A stretch of 29,795 nucleotides of DNA. It comes from a virus. Its lineage: Duplodnaviria; Caudoviricetes. The position numbers and the translations under genes are program-made. Every line of letters starts with the position of its first letter. Within the stretch, counting starts at the first letter, position 1. Positions 14,579-22,789 of the stretch are shown here, in pieces. The notes beneath the pieces were generated by a model. The model had not been told where the DNA came from, did no database searches, and saw nothing but the letters and a program-made list of their open reading frames with translations. The stretch lies in IMG/VR virus record IMGVR_UViG_3300032219_001332, positions 1 through 29,795 of that record, one strand, 5' to 3'.

Positions 14579-14662
14579 TGCGCTACTGCGGCGAGAGACG
14601 GCCGCGCCGTACTGCAAGGGGAAGCCCGCCCCTGCCTAGCCTAAAGGCACAGGAGACCACGC

Positions 14663-15019
14663 ATGCCCGACGCCATTCTCTTTCGTAAGTGCCGCGATCT
14701 CGACATCACCTTGCACACGGCCACGAGCCTGGCCACCACGCTGGATATGCGTGACGTTGCCGGGGCTGTGCTCTCCATTGGCACGATCTCGACCAGCGCC
14801 GCCACGTTGCAGATGTGGGCGGGGCCGACGCCTACGGGTGTGTTCCGCCGGCTGTACAAGTCGGATGGCAGCGTAGCAGATCTGACGCTGGCCCCCTCGA
14901 GCACGGAAGGCCGGGCGTACTCGCTTCCCGACGAAGTGTTCGGCACTGAGTACCTGAAGATCGTGTCGGCCACCACGAACAGCACGGGCACGGTTGGGTT
15001 CGTGATGTTCAAGAGCTAG
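14663..15019 (+). CDS. Hypothetical beta-rich protein, possibly a virion decoration protein
   Basis: AGGAG RBS; 118 aa; T/S/G/V-rich; first gene before the packaging module. Confidence 0.65.
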   Translation: MPDAILFRKCRDLDITLHTATSLATTLDMRDVAGAVLSIGTISTSAATLQMWAGPTPTGVFRRLYKSDGSVADLTLAPSSTEGRAYSLPDEVFGTEYLKIVSATTNSTGTVGFVMFKS

Positions 15020-15023
15020 GGCC

Positions 15024-15371
15024 ATGCCCGCACGCATACCAGCCTTCAGGCCGCCAAGGCTCAGGACTGCGGCCAGGCGTGATGAGTCAGGCAGGCCCAA
15101 CGCAGCTGCACGAGGGTACTGCGACAAGGCACACAGGCTTTGGCGTCAGGCTGTGCTCAACAAGTGTGCGTGGCAATGCGTGGACTGTAAGCGTGTGGCA
15201 CACGGCAGAGAGATGCACGCGGATCACGTCGTGCCAATCAGCCAAGGTGGGGCACGGTATGACGTGGCCAATGGCGAGGCCAGGTGCGTGAACTGCCACA
15301 GCAGGAAGACGGCGAAGGAAAACGCCGCAAAATGCAACAGTGGGAGGGGCGGTTTGGATCATGGGGGCTAA
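15024..15371 (+). CDS. HNH endonuclease, terminase-associated (HK97 gp74-like)
   Basis: AAARGY...W....L....CVDC...HADHVVP...GG..YD..N....CVNCHSRKTAKE; directly upstream of terS. Confidence 0.9.
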   Translation: MPARIPAFRPPRLRTAARRDESGRPNAAARGYCDKAHRLWRQAVLNKCAWQCVDCKRVAHGREMHADHVVPISQGGARYDVANGEARCVNCHSRKTAKENAAKCNSGRGGLDHGG

Positions 15372-15435
15372 CGCCGTAACAAACCACCCGGTTATCCCAT
15401 AAACACACACGGCCGAAACTGGAACTTTGGTGAGG
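15335..15435. other. Probable cos/packaging initiation region
   Basis: Inferred from position between HNH and terS, as in HK97-like cos phages. The exact cut site cannot be identified. Confidence 0.4.
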
Positions 15436-15442
15436 TGCCTTG

Positions 15443-15901
15443 ATGGGTAAGGGCCGCAAGCCGACGCCTAAATCGATCCTTAGCCTGCGTGGCTCTCGCG
15501 TTAGGGGGCCGCATAAGAGAGGAATCGACGCGCCGCCTGGCGTTCCGCCGGCCCCGGCTTGGCTGGCCGACATTGCCCGCGCCGAGTGGGAGCGGATCGT
15601 GCCGATGCTCGAGGCGTCGAAGGTGATGAGCCCGCGCCACCAGCAAACACTCGCGGCGTACTGCGATTCATTCGCCGATATGGTGCAGGCCGACCAGGAG
15701 CTGAAGACCAGCGGCACCACGCTGATGGACGATAAGGGTAGGGTGAGTAATCACCCGGCATGGAACCGGAAGCGCGACGCGAGAAATCAGATGCTGAAGT
15801 TCGCGGCCGAGTTTGGCCTGACGGCGTCTGCCCTGGCGAGAGTGTCAGCCGTTGACCAAGGCCCGCAAGAAGACGAAGACGACGCACGCATGTTCGCTTG
15901 A
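15443..15901 (+). CDS. terS: Terminase small subunit, P27 family
   Basis: GRKPTP..I..LRG...P..PAWL...A..EW.RI...L..YC..........NHPA......FGLT.SA.ARV. Confidence 0.92.
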   Translation: MGKGRKPTPKSILSLRGSRVRGPHKRGIDAPPGVPPAPAWLADIARAEWERIVPMLEASKVMSPRHQQTLAAYCDSFADMVQADQELKTSGTTLMDDKGRVSNHPAWNRKRDARNQMLKFAAEFGLTASALARVSAVDQGPQEDEDDARMFA

Positions 15902-17414
15902 TGCGAAGGCTGCGGCCATCGCGGTGCGGTTCTTTGAGGAGAACCTGACGCACGCGAAGGGCGAGCTGGGCGGCAAGGCGTTTCTGCTCGAGCGGTGGCA
16001 GAAGGAATACGTAGGCCGATTGTTCGGCACGATGAAGGGCGACGTGCGGCAGTACCGCACAAGCCTCTTGGCGATTCCTCGCAAGAACGGCAAAAGCACC
16101 CTGTGTGCCGGGATCGCCCTAAAGCTGATGTTCGACGGCGAGCCTGGTGCCGAGATCTATTCGTGTGCCGCCGACCGCGACCAGGCCCGGCTCGTGTTTG
16201 AGATGGCGAAGGTGTGCGTCGAGAACTCGCCCAAGCTGCGAAGCCGGCTGCGTGTGTTTCGCAATTCGATCGTGCGGGAGGACACGCACAGCACGTACAA
16301 GGCACTGTCTGCCGAGGCGTTCACGAAGCACGGGCTAAACGCTCACGGGATCATCTTTGACGAGCTGCACGCCCAGCCCGACCGCGAGCTGTGGGACGTG
16401 ATGACCACGAGCACCGGGGCCAGGCGGCAGCCCTTGTGCGTGGCAATCACCACGGCAGGCTTCGACCGCAAAAGCATCTGCTGGGAAATCTGGCGGTATG
16501 CCTTGGCCGTGCGAGACGGGGCCATCAAGGATGACACGTTCCTGCCTGCGATCTACGCCGCCGATCCCGAGGACGATTGGACGGCGGAAGCCACCTGGCG
16601 GAAGGCGAATCCGAACCTTGGCGTCAGCGTGAAGCTCGACGATCTGCAGGTGCGGTGCAAGCGCGCCCAGGACATGCCAAGTGAGGAGAACACTTTCCGC
16701 AGGCTGCACTTGAACCAGTGGACCGAGCAGGACACGCGATGGCTGCGGATGGAGCACTGGGCACAGGGCAACAAGCCCTGCCCCGTGATGCTCGACGGCC
16801 GGGAGTGTTTCGCGGGCCTTGATCTCGCAACCACGTACGACACGACGTGCCTGTGCCTGCTATTTCAGTTGGACGATGGCACGTTTTGGGCCGAGCCACA
16901 CTTCTGGATTCCAGAGGAGAACATGCGGTACAGGGTGAAGCGTGACCGCGTGCCGTATGACCAGTGGGCAAAGGAAGGGAAGCTGCACCTGACGCATGGC
17001 AACGTCACGGACTTCGACAAGGTGCGGGCCGACATTCTTGCGATCACGAAGAAATACAACGTGCGGCAGGTGGCGATTGACCGCTGGAACGCCACGCAGC
17101 TCGCCACCCAACTGCAAGGCGATGGCGTAAATGTCTTAGGTTTTGGGCAGGGCTACGGCTCGATGAGTTCGCCCGCCAAGCAGCTCGAGGCCCTGGTGGT
17201 GGGCGGCAAGTTGCTTCACGGCGGGCATCCCGTCCTGGCGTGGCAGGCGTCAAACGTAGCGATACAGCAGGACCACGCCGGAAACATCAAGCCCAGCAAG
17301 GCGAAATCGAACGAACGTATCGACGGCATCGTGGCGCTAACGATGGCCCTCGGCATCCACGCTACGGCGACGGCCCCGGCCCCTGAACAGAACTGGGACA
17401 TCATCTCGTTATGA
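15852..17414 (+). CDS. terL: Terminase large subunit (start uncertain)
   Basis: Walker A IPRKNGKS, Walker B IIFDELH, ITTAG, GLDLA nuclease Asp, and RIDGIVA. Confidence 0.95.
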   Translation: MTKARKKTKTTHACSLDAKAAAIAVRFFEENLTHAKGELGGKAFLLERWQKEYVGRLFGTMKGDVRQYRTSLLAIPRKNGKSTLCAGIALKLMFDGEPGAEIYSCAADRDQARLVFEMAKVCVENSPKLRSRLRVFRNSIVREDTHSTYKALSAEAFTKHGLNAHGIIFDELHAQPDRELWDVMTTSTGARRQPLCVAITTAGFDRKSICWEIWRYALAVRDGAIKDDTFLPAIYAADPEDDWTAEATWRKANPNLGVSVKLDDLQVRCKRAQDMPSEENTFRRLHLNQWTEQDTRWLRMEHWAQGNKPCPVMLDGRECFAGLDLATTYDTTCLCLLFQLDDGTFWAEPHFWIPEENMRYRVKRDRVPYDQWAKEGKLHLTHGNVTDFDKVRADILAITKKYNVRQVAIDRWNATQLATQLQGDGVNVLGFGQGYGSMSSPAKQLEALVVGGKLLHGGHPVLAWQASNVAIQQDHAGNIKPSKAKSNERIDGIVALTMALGIHATATAPAPEQNWDIISL

Positions 17415-18703
17415 GCGAACACGCCGCCGCCGACTTCAAGATGTTCGACCTGCGTGGCATTGACTGGCCCGAGGTTTCGTCCAGCCGCACGCCTTCAGGC
17501 ATCCGCGTCAACGCCGACAACTCGATGGCGTGCTCTGCGTACACGGCCTGCATCCGGGTCATATCGGATGCGGTATCAGCCCTGCCGCTCCACGTCTACG
17601 AGCGGATGGCGAACGGCGGCAAGTCGAAGGCTACCGCCCATCCTGTCTATCGGCTCTTGCACCAGCAGCCCAACCCGTGGCAGACGGCGCAAGAGTTCCG
17701 CGATTGGATGACGGGCATGTACCTGCACTACGGTGCGAGCTACGCCGAGATCCGCCCAGGTGCTCGAGGTGCCGTGTCGGAGCTGTGGCCCCTGCACAGT
17801 TCCCGCATGGAAGTCGATCGGCTGTCTGACGGCACGCTGCGGTATCGGTATCGGGAGCCGAGCGGGCGGGAGACGATCTACCCGCAAGAGGCGATCTTCG
17901 CCCTGCGGTTCACCACCGAAGACGGCATCAAGGCGATCCCGACATACAAGATTTTCCAGAACGCCATCGGCCTGGCTCAGGCGTTAGAGGCTCACGGGTC
18001 CACGTACTTCGGCAACGGTGCCCGGCCCGGCATCGTGCTGGAGTCAGAGAACCCGATCCCGGTGGAGGCTGCCGAGCGGCTGCGTGAGCAGTGGGAGCGG
18101 ATGCACCGGGGCGCGGATCGGGCGTTCCGCACGGCCGTGCTGCCGAACGGCGTGAAGGCTCACGAGCTCAGCGGCAGCAACGAGGCGGCCCAGTTCTTGG
18201 AAACTCGGCAGTACCAGGTCATCGAGATCTGCCGCGCGTTCCGCGTGCCGCCTCACATGATCCAAGACCTGACCCGCAGCACCTACAGCAACATCGAGGT
18301 GCAGGGCACGGAGTTTGTGCAGCACTGCCTGCTGCCGCACTTGAAGCGGTGGGAAGCAGCCATCAGCCGCGATCTGATCGTGGACGATGAGCGGTACTTC
18401 GCCGAGCACAGCGTCTCGGGCCTGCTGCGTGGTGACCACGCGAGCCGGTCGGCCTACTACGTCTCTGCCCTGCAGAACGGGTGGATGACCATCAACGAGA
18501 TCCGCGAGCTTGAGAACCTGAACCCGATCGGGCCGGAAGGTGACAAGCACTTCGTCCAGTTGAACATGACCACGCTGGACAAGGTGGGGGCGGAGTCGCC
18601 GGCACCGGAGCCGATGCCCGAGCCGCCCGCCGAAGTAGAAGACAGCCCGGCTGATGCCGCCGAGGGCCAGGCCGAACAGGAGGAGTACATCGATGGAAAT
18701 TGA
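17411..18703 (+). CDS. Portal protein, HK97 family
   Basis: LLHQQPNPWQTA, YFGNGARPG, AQFLETR...EICRAFRVPPHMI, GWMTINEIRELENLNPI. Confidence 0.95.
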   Translation: MSEHAAADFKMFDLRGIDWPEVSSSRTPSGIRVNADNSMACSAYTACIRVISDAVSALPLHVYERMANGGKSKATAHPVYRLLHQQPNPWQTAQEFRDWMTGMYLHYGASYAEIRPGARGAVSELWPLHSSRMEVDRLSDGTLRYRYREPSGRETIYPQEAIFALRFTTEDGIKAIPTYKIFQNAIGLAQALEAHGSTYFGNGARPGIVLESENPIPVEAAERLREQWERMHRGADRAFRTAVLPNGVKAHELSGSNEAAQFLETRQYQVIEICRAFRVPPHMIQDLTRSTYSNIEVQGTEFVQHCLLPHLKRWEAAISRDLIVDDERYFAEHSVSGLLRGDHASRSAYYVSALQNGWMTINEIRELENLNPIGPEGDKHFVQLNMTTLDKVGAESPAPEPMPEPPAEVEDSPADAAEGQAEQEEYIDGN

Positions 18704-19337
18704 ACGCCGCGATTTCGCCTTGGAGGAAGAGAACGAGCTGATCGTGGAAAGCCGGGCCGATGGCCGGGCCACCATCATCGGATACGCCGCCGTGTACAAC
18801 CGGCTGTCCCTCGACCTCGGCGGGTTCCGTGAAGAGATCCTGCCGGGCGCGTTTGACAAGATTCTGAACCGCCAGCGTGGCAAGGGCGACGTGGTGGCGC
18901 TGTTCAACCACGACAGCAACATCGTCCTGGGCCGGTCATCGTCTGGCACCCTGGAACTCTCGTCAGACGAGAAGGGGCTGAAGTACGTGGTGACGCCGCC
19001 AGTGAGCCGGGCCGATGTGCTCGAGCTGATCCAGCGGCGCGACGTGCGCGGCTCGTCGTTCGCCTTCACGGTGGACCCAAAGGATGAGTCCTTCCGCACT
19101 GGCGAGGACGGCAAGGCCATCCGCCAGATCCGCGAGGTATCGGGCCTCTACGACGTGGGGCCGGTGCTGAACCCGGCCTACCCTTCCACGTCTGCGTCCG
19201 TGGCCATGCGTTCGTACGAAGCCTGGCTGGCAACGCAGACGCAGCCCGAGCCCGAGGCTGTGGCCGCCGAGATCGTGAAGCGCTCCTTGGTTCGTGACGC
19301 AGCTGCCGCGTGGGCTCTGAGGCTTCGCCGTGTCTGA
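18693..19337 (+). CDS. Prohead maturation protease, HK97 family
   Basis: AGGAGG RBS; GYAAVYN, ALFNHD, GSSFAF, LYDVGPV..PAYP.T. Confidence 0.93.
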   Translation: MEIERRDFALEEENELIVESRADGRATIIGYAAVYNRLSLDLGGFREEILPGAFDKILNRQRGKGDVVALFNHDSNIVLGRSSSGTLELSSDEKGLKYVVTPPVSRADVLELIQRRDVRGSSFAFTVDPKDESFRTGEDGKAIRQIREVSGLYDVGPVLNPAYPSTSASVAMRSYEAWLATQTQPEPEAVAAEIVKRSLVRDAAAAWALRLRRV

Positions 19338-19500
19338 AGCACGCTGCACCTGCGGCGAAAAACTCCGGTGCCGTTCCAGCCGTCCATGCGGCGACGAACG
19401 GCAGCGGTATCTACGCTGCCCACGGTGCGGGGCGCGGGCAGTGGCGTTTGTAAAAACAACGCTTTCGCAAATCCGCTTCTGCAAGGTGCCACGCCCTTAG
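19330..19500 (+). CDS. Small zinc-finger protein, 56 aa, Ogr/Delta-like (MSEARCTCGEKLRCRSSRPCGDERQRYLRCPRCGARAVAFVKTTLSQIRFCKVPRP)
   Basis: Translated by hand; GTG overlaps the protease end; CxCG...SR......RY..CxxCG pattern; fills most of the protease-capsid gap. Confidence 0.65.
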   Translation: MSEARCTCGEKLRCRSSRPCGDERQRYLRCPRCGARAVAFVKTTLSQIRFCKVPRP

Positions 19501-19549
19501 TGGCAAGGTGGAGTCCATCGGCAATACCGCCGCAGGAGTCTCACCGAAC

Positions 19550-20860
19550 ATGGACAATCTCAAGCGCCTTCAGGACGAAGCGGCAACCCTTGCCAACCGG
19601 ATCGACGCCGTGCGTGCGATTGAGGCCGAAGACACGACCGCCCGCGATGTCGAGCTCATCGACCTCAACAAGCGTGCCGACGAACTCACCGCCAAGATCG
19701 ACTTCGAGAAGAAGGTGGTTGAGTCGGCCAAGAATCTCCGCAGCGTGGTCGAGCGTTGCTCGCCGGCTCCCGAGGTGCGTGCCGAAGAGCCCAAGACCCG
19801 CATCGAAGCGGTTCCGTTCTCGGGACGGCTGCGTGCGTTTGAGAACGCCAAGGACGCCTACTCGGTGGGCATGTGGTTCAAGGCCAAGGCGGGCGACGCC
19901 GATGCCAAGCGGTGGTGCCAGGACCACGGCGTCGAGGCTCGTGCTCAGGGTTCGACCGGCAGCACCACGGGTGCGGCCTTCGTGCCCGACGTTCTCTCTT
20001 CGACCGTCATCCGCCTGGTCGATCAGTACTCGGCCTTTGCCCAGAACGCCACCAACGTGGTGATGCCTTCGGACGTGGTGCTCTTCCCGCGTCGGACGGC
20101 CGGTGCCTCGGCGGCGTGGATCGACGAGAACGTGGCCATCACTGCCAGCGACCCGACCTCCAACCAGGTCACGCTGACGGCGAAGAAGGTCACGGGCGCG
20201 GTGGTCATCGCGTCGGAGCTCCTGCAGGACTCCATCGTGTCGATCGCCGACTGGATCGCTGCCGAGCTCGCCCTGTCGCTCAGCAACGCCGTGGAAGCGG
20301 CTGCGTGGAGCGGCAACCCGGCAAACGCCCCTGGCGTGGCCGGGCTCGTGACCAGCCACACGGGTGGCCTTCTCGCTGGCTCGGCTGCCACCTACGCAGC
20401 GTCGCTCGTTACCGCTGCCGGTGACACGCCCGACGAGGTGACGAAGGCCAACCTGCTGGCGATGATGGGCGCTCTGCCCCAGCACAGCCGGCAGGGTGCT
20501 CGGTGGTACTGCTCGCCGTTCTTCTTCGCGTCGTGCATGCAGAACCTCGACCTCGCCCAAGGCGGGTCGGTGGGTCTGTCGCAGGGCATGGGCCTCACCT
20601 TCCTCGGCAGCCCGGTGGTCCTCACCGACCGGCTCCCGAGCGGTGCGGACTCGACGGGTGCCATCATGGCGCTGTACGGCAACATGGCGAACTCGAGCTA
20701 CTACGGCATCCGCCAGGCCATCGAGATCGCCAGCTCGGATCAGGTGAACTTCCTGAGCGATCAAACCGTGATCCGTGCGGTGGCTCGCGTGGCGATCACG
20801 CACGCCAACCTCGGCAGCTCGAGCGTCGCCGGCCCGATCATCGGCCTGGTTGGTGCGTGA
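19550..20860 (+). CDS. Major capsid protein, HK97 fold, with N-terminal coiled-coil delta domain
   Basis: AGGAG RBS; GAAFVP....VI, AAWIDE, VTLTAKK......ASELLQDS, G.PVV, YGNM..YY. Confidence 0.93.
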   Translation: MDNLKRLQDEAATLANRIDAVRAIEAEDTTARDVELIDLNKRADELTAKIDFEKKVVESAKNLRSVVERCSPAPEVRAEEPKTRIEAVPFSGRLRAFENAKDAYSVGMWFKAKAGDADAKRWCQDHGVEARAQGSTGSTTGAAFVPDVLSSTVIRLVDQYSAFAQNATNVVMPSDVVLFPRRTAGASAAWIDENVAITASDPTSNQVTLTAKKVTGAVVIASELLQDSIVSIADWIAAELALSLSNAVEAAAWSGNPANAPGVAGLVTSHTGGLLAGSAATYAASLVTAAGDTPDEVTKANLLAMMGALPQHSRQGARWYCSPFFFASCMQNLDLAQGGSVGLSQGMGLTFLGSPVVLTDRLPSGADSTGAIMALYGNMANSSYYGIRQAIEIASSDQVNFLSDQTVIRAVARVAITHANLGSSSVAGPIIGLVGA

Positions 20861-20889
20861 GCCTGACGGCTTGACTCGATGTGCAGACT

Positions 20890-20928
20890 GGGCGGGCCGC
20901 TCCACTACGGGGCGGCCCGCTCTCTTTT
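20890..20928 (+). terminator. Rho-independent terminator after the capsid gene
   Basis: Stem GCGGGCCGCTCC/GGGGCGGCCCGC followed by TCTCTTTT. Confidence 0.8.
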
Positions 20929-20939
20929 GCGAGGCACGC

Positions 20940-21674
20940 ATGATCGTCAAGGTAGGTGGCACCGAGGCCGACATTCGGGTGGAAGCCATCCTGTCGATGC
21001 CCAGGCTCTCGTTCACAGCCAACCACTTTGCCTGGGCTCAGGCACTCATGCCTTTGGGCATTCGCCCGACAATGGGCACTGGTGCGTTCTGGGACCAGGT
21101 CAACACGCGGGTCATGGAGCAATTCATCGACAAGGCCGAGTATCTGCTGACGATCGACTACGACACGTTTTTCACGAAGGAAGACGTGGAGCACCTGTTC
21201 GCTCTGGCGATGACGTTTCAATGTGACGCCATCACGGGGCTACAGACCAAGCGTGAAGACGGCAGGCCGATGCTCACGCTGCCGGGCACTCTGGACAATC
21301 CGCCCGACGGCGGCACCACCAGCCTGCCTATGTCGTGGTTTTCTGAGCCAGTGCAGGAAGTGGACACGGCCCACTTCGGGCTGACCGTCATCAGCACGGC
21401 CGCCCTGAAGCGTGCGAAGCGTCCGTGGTTCTGGAGCAAGCCCGGCCCTGACGGCTCGTGGAACGAAGGCAGAACGGATCCCGACATCTATTTCTGGCGC
21501 AACTGGCGCGAGAGCGGGAACCGTGTATTCGTCACGCCCCGCGTGGTTCTCGGGCACGGCGAGTACGTGGTGACGTGGCCGGGCCGGGATCTCGGCAAGC
21601 CTGTTTTCCAGTGGACAACCGACTTCACGAACACGAGCAAGAAGCCCGAAACTGCATGGAGTGTGCCCCAGTGA
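20940..21674 (+). CDS. GT-A fold (GT2-like) glycosyltransferase
   Basis: YLLTIDYD (DxD), EVDTAHFGLTVI....LK....PWF, DPDIYFW......G..VFV.P.V.LGH. Confidence 0.7.
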   Translation: MIVKVGGTEADIRVEAILSMPRLSFTANHFAWAQALMPLGIRPTMGTGAFWDQVNTRVMEQFIDKAEYLLTIDYDTFFTKEDVEHLFALAMTFQCDAITGLQTKREDGRPMLTLPGTLDNPPDGGTTSLPMSWFSEPVQEVDTAHFGLTVISTAALKRAKRPWFWSKPGPDGSWNEGRTDPDIYFWRNWRESGNRVFVTPRVVLGHGEYVVTWPGRDLGKPVFQWTTDFTNTSKKPETAWSVPQ

Positions 21675-21907
21675 CGAAAATCACATTCACCCGCGCGTGG
21701 CGGTCATACCGCAAGGGCCAGGTGGTGGACATCTCCGGCGGCTTGGCCACGCAGCTGCTCGCCCAGCGCGTGGCTGTCGAGGACACGCAGGGCCAACTGA
21801 TCGAAACGGCAGCCGTCGAGCACGAAGCCGAAACGGCCGACGCCACCCCAAGGAAACGCCGCCGTGCAATATCGAAGCCTGACTCGCCAGACCGCCCCAG
21901 CCGTTGA
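21671..21907 (+). CDS. Small head-module protein, 78 aa (MTKITFTRAWRSYRKGQVVDISGGLATQLLAQRVAVE...)
   Basis: GTGA overlap; Y..G.VV.I....A..L.....A pattern (ribosomal L9 N-domain-like), commonly seen between capsid and connector genes. Confidence 0.6.
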   Translation: MTKITFTRAWRSYRKGQVVDISGGLATQLLAQRVAVEDTQGQLIETAAVEHEAETADATPRKRRRAISKPDSPDRPSR

Positions 21908-22472
21908 GCCCGTGACGCTCTCGGAGGCCAAGGCCCACCTGCGAGTTGATACGGCGACCGACGATGCCTACATCGGCTCGCTCATCACGGCGGCCCGCGA
22001 GTGGTGCGAGCAGTACCTAGACCGCACGCTGGTGCATACGCAGTGGGTCATGAGGTTCGACAGCTTCCCGCCTGACGGCACGCACGACATCGAGCTGCCA
22101 CGCCCGCCGATGGCGACGGCCGGCACGACTACGGCCGTGGCCCTGACGTTCACGTACGAGAACGGCACCACGGCAACCTACTCGACGGCCAGCTACCGCG
22201 TGGATCGGGACGGCGTGCCGGGCACCGTGAAGACGCTGTACGGGCAGACCTGGCCGCCGCACCTACAAGATGACAACGCCATCAGCGTGACCTGGTGGGG
22301 CGGCTACGGGGCGAGCGGCACGAGTGTGCCGGCTGCGATCCGGCACGCCATGCTGATGCTCGTGGGCATGTGGTACGAGCGCCGGATGGCGGCCGACTCC
22401 ATGAGTGGCAACGAGATCCCCTTCGGCGTGCAGTCGCTTCTGGACTCGCAGAAGTGGGGCTCCTACCGATGA
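21864..22472 (+). CDS. Head-tail connector (HK97 gp6 / phiE125 gp8-like)
   Basis: PAVEPVTLSEAKAHLRVD...DDAYI..LI.AARE..E, GYG...VPAAIRHAML.LVG.WYE.R. Confidence 0.9.
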   Translation: MQYRSLTRQTAPAVEPVTLSEAKAHLRVDTATDDAYIGSLITAAREWCEQYLDRTLVHTQWVMRFDSFPPDGTHDIELPRPPMATAGTTTAVALTFTYENGTTATYSTASYRVDRDGVPGTVKTLYGQTWPPHLQDDNAISVTWWGGYGASGTSVPAAIRHAMLMLVGMWYERRMAADSMSGNEIPFGVQSLLDSQKWGSYR

Positions 22473-22789
22473 TCGACCCCGGCAAACTCCGCGAGCGTGT
22501 CACCGTGCAGATCGCCAGCGGCACCACCAATGCCCTTGGCGAGACGGTGCTGGCGTGGGCCGACTCGTCCGCCGTGTGGGCGAGCGTAGAAGGCGTGTCG
22601 GCCCGCGAAGCCCTGGCGGCCGGGCAGCAGGAAACGACGATCAGCCACAAAGTGCGGCTGCGGTATCTGCCTGGCCTTACTCAAAGCATGCGATTCTCCT
22701 GGCGTTCCCGCACGCTCGAGATCGTCAGCCTGCTCGAGCACGGCAACCGCAGCGAGCACGAGGCAATTTGTCAAGAGCAGGTGCCCTGA
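22469..22789 (+). CDS. Head closure / head-tail adaptor (SPP1 gp16-like)
   Basis: PGKLRERVTVQ...GE....W.....VWASVE.VS.RE...RY.PGLT..MR. Confidence 0.9.
   Translation: MIDPGKLRERVTVQIASGTTNALGETVLAWADSSAVWASVEGVSAREALAAGQQETTISHKVRLRYLPGLTQSMRFSWRSRTLEIVSLLEHGNRSEHEAICQEQVP

Larger units (their letters stand above)
13462..14606 (+). repeat. Dispersed repeat family CGCTMY-N7-AGRGASRGMC at 14072, 14197, 14416 and 14581, with an N8 variant at 13462 and a half-site at 13504
   Basis: CCCTACacgccgcAGAGAGAGACGCGATG; CGCTACtgaaatcAGAGAGGGACGCGATG; CGCTCTtgagcgaAGGGAGAGACTGATG; CGCTACtgcggcgAGAGACGGCCGCG; CGCTCTtcacctttAGAGACGGC. Each full copy sits at a gene boundary. Confidence 0.7.

Noticed and set aside
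14072-14606. Repeat array considered as CRISPR or as classical integron attC sites
   Set aside because: The repeats are degenerate and spaced 125-219 bp apart with ORFs between them, and no cas genes are present. There are no RYYYAAC/GTTRRRY ends or long attC hairpins.
15024-15371. HNH gene as a mobile homing endonuclease
   Set aside because: Its size, motifs and position before terS match the packaging-associated gp74 type.
19541-21022. Long minus-strand ORFs (493 aa here; also 4180..5184, 18044..19120, 804..1619 and others)
   Set aside because: These are antisense shadows of well-supported + strand genes, expected in high-GC DNA. They show no RBS or recognisable motifs.
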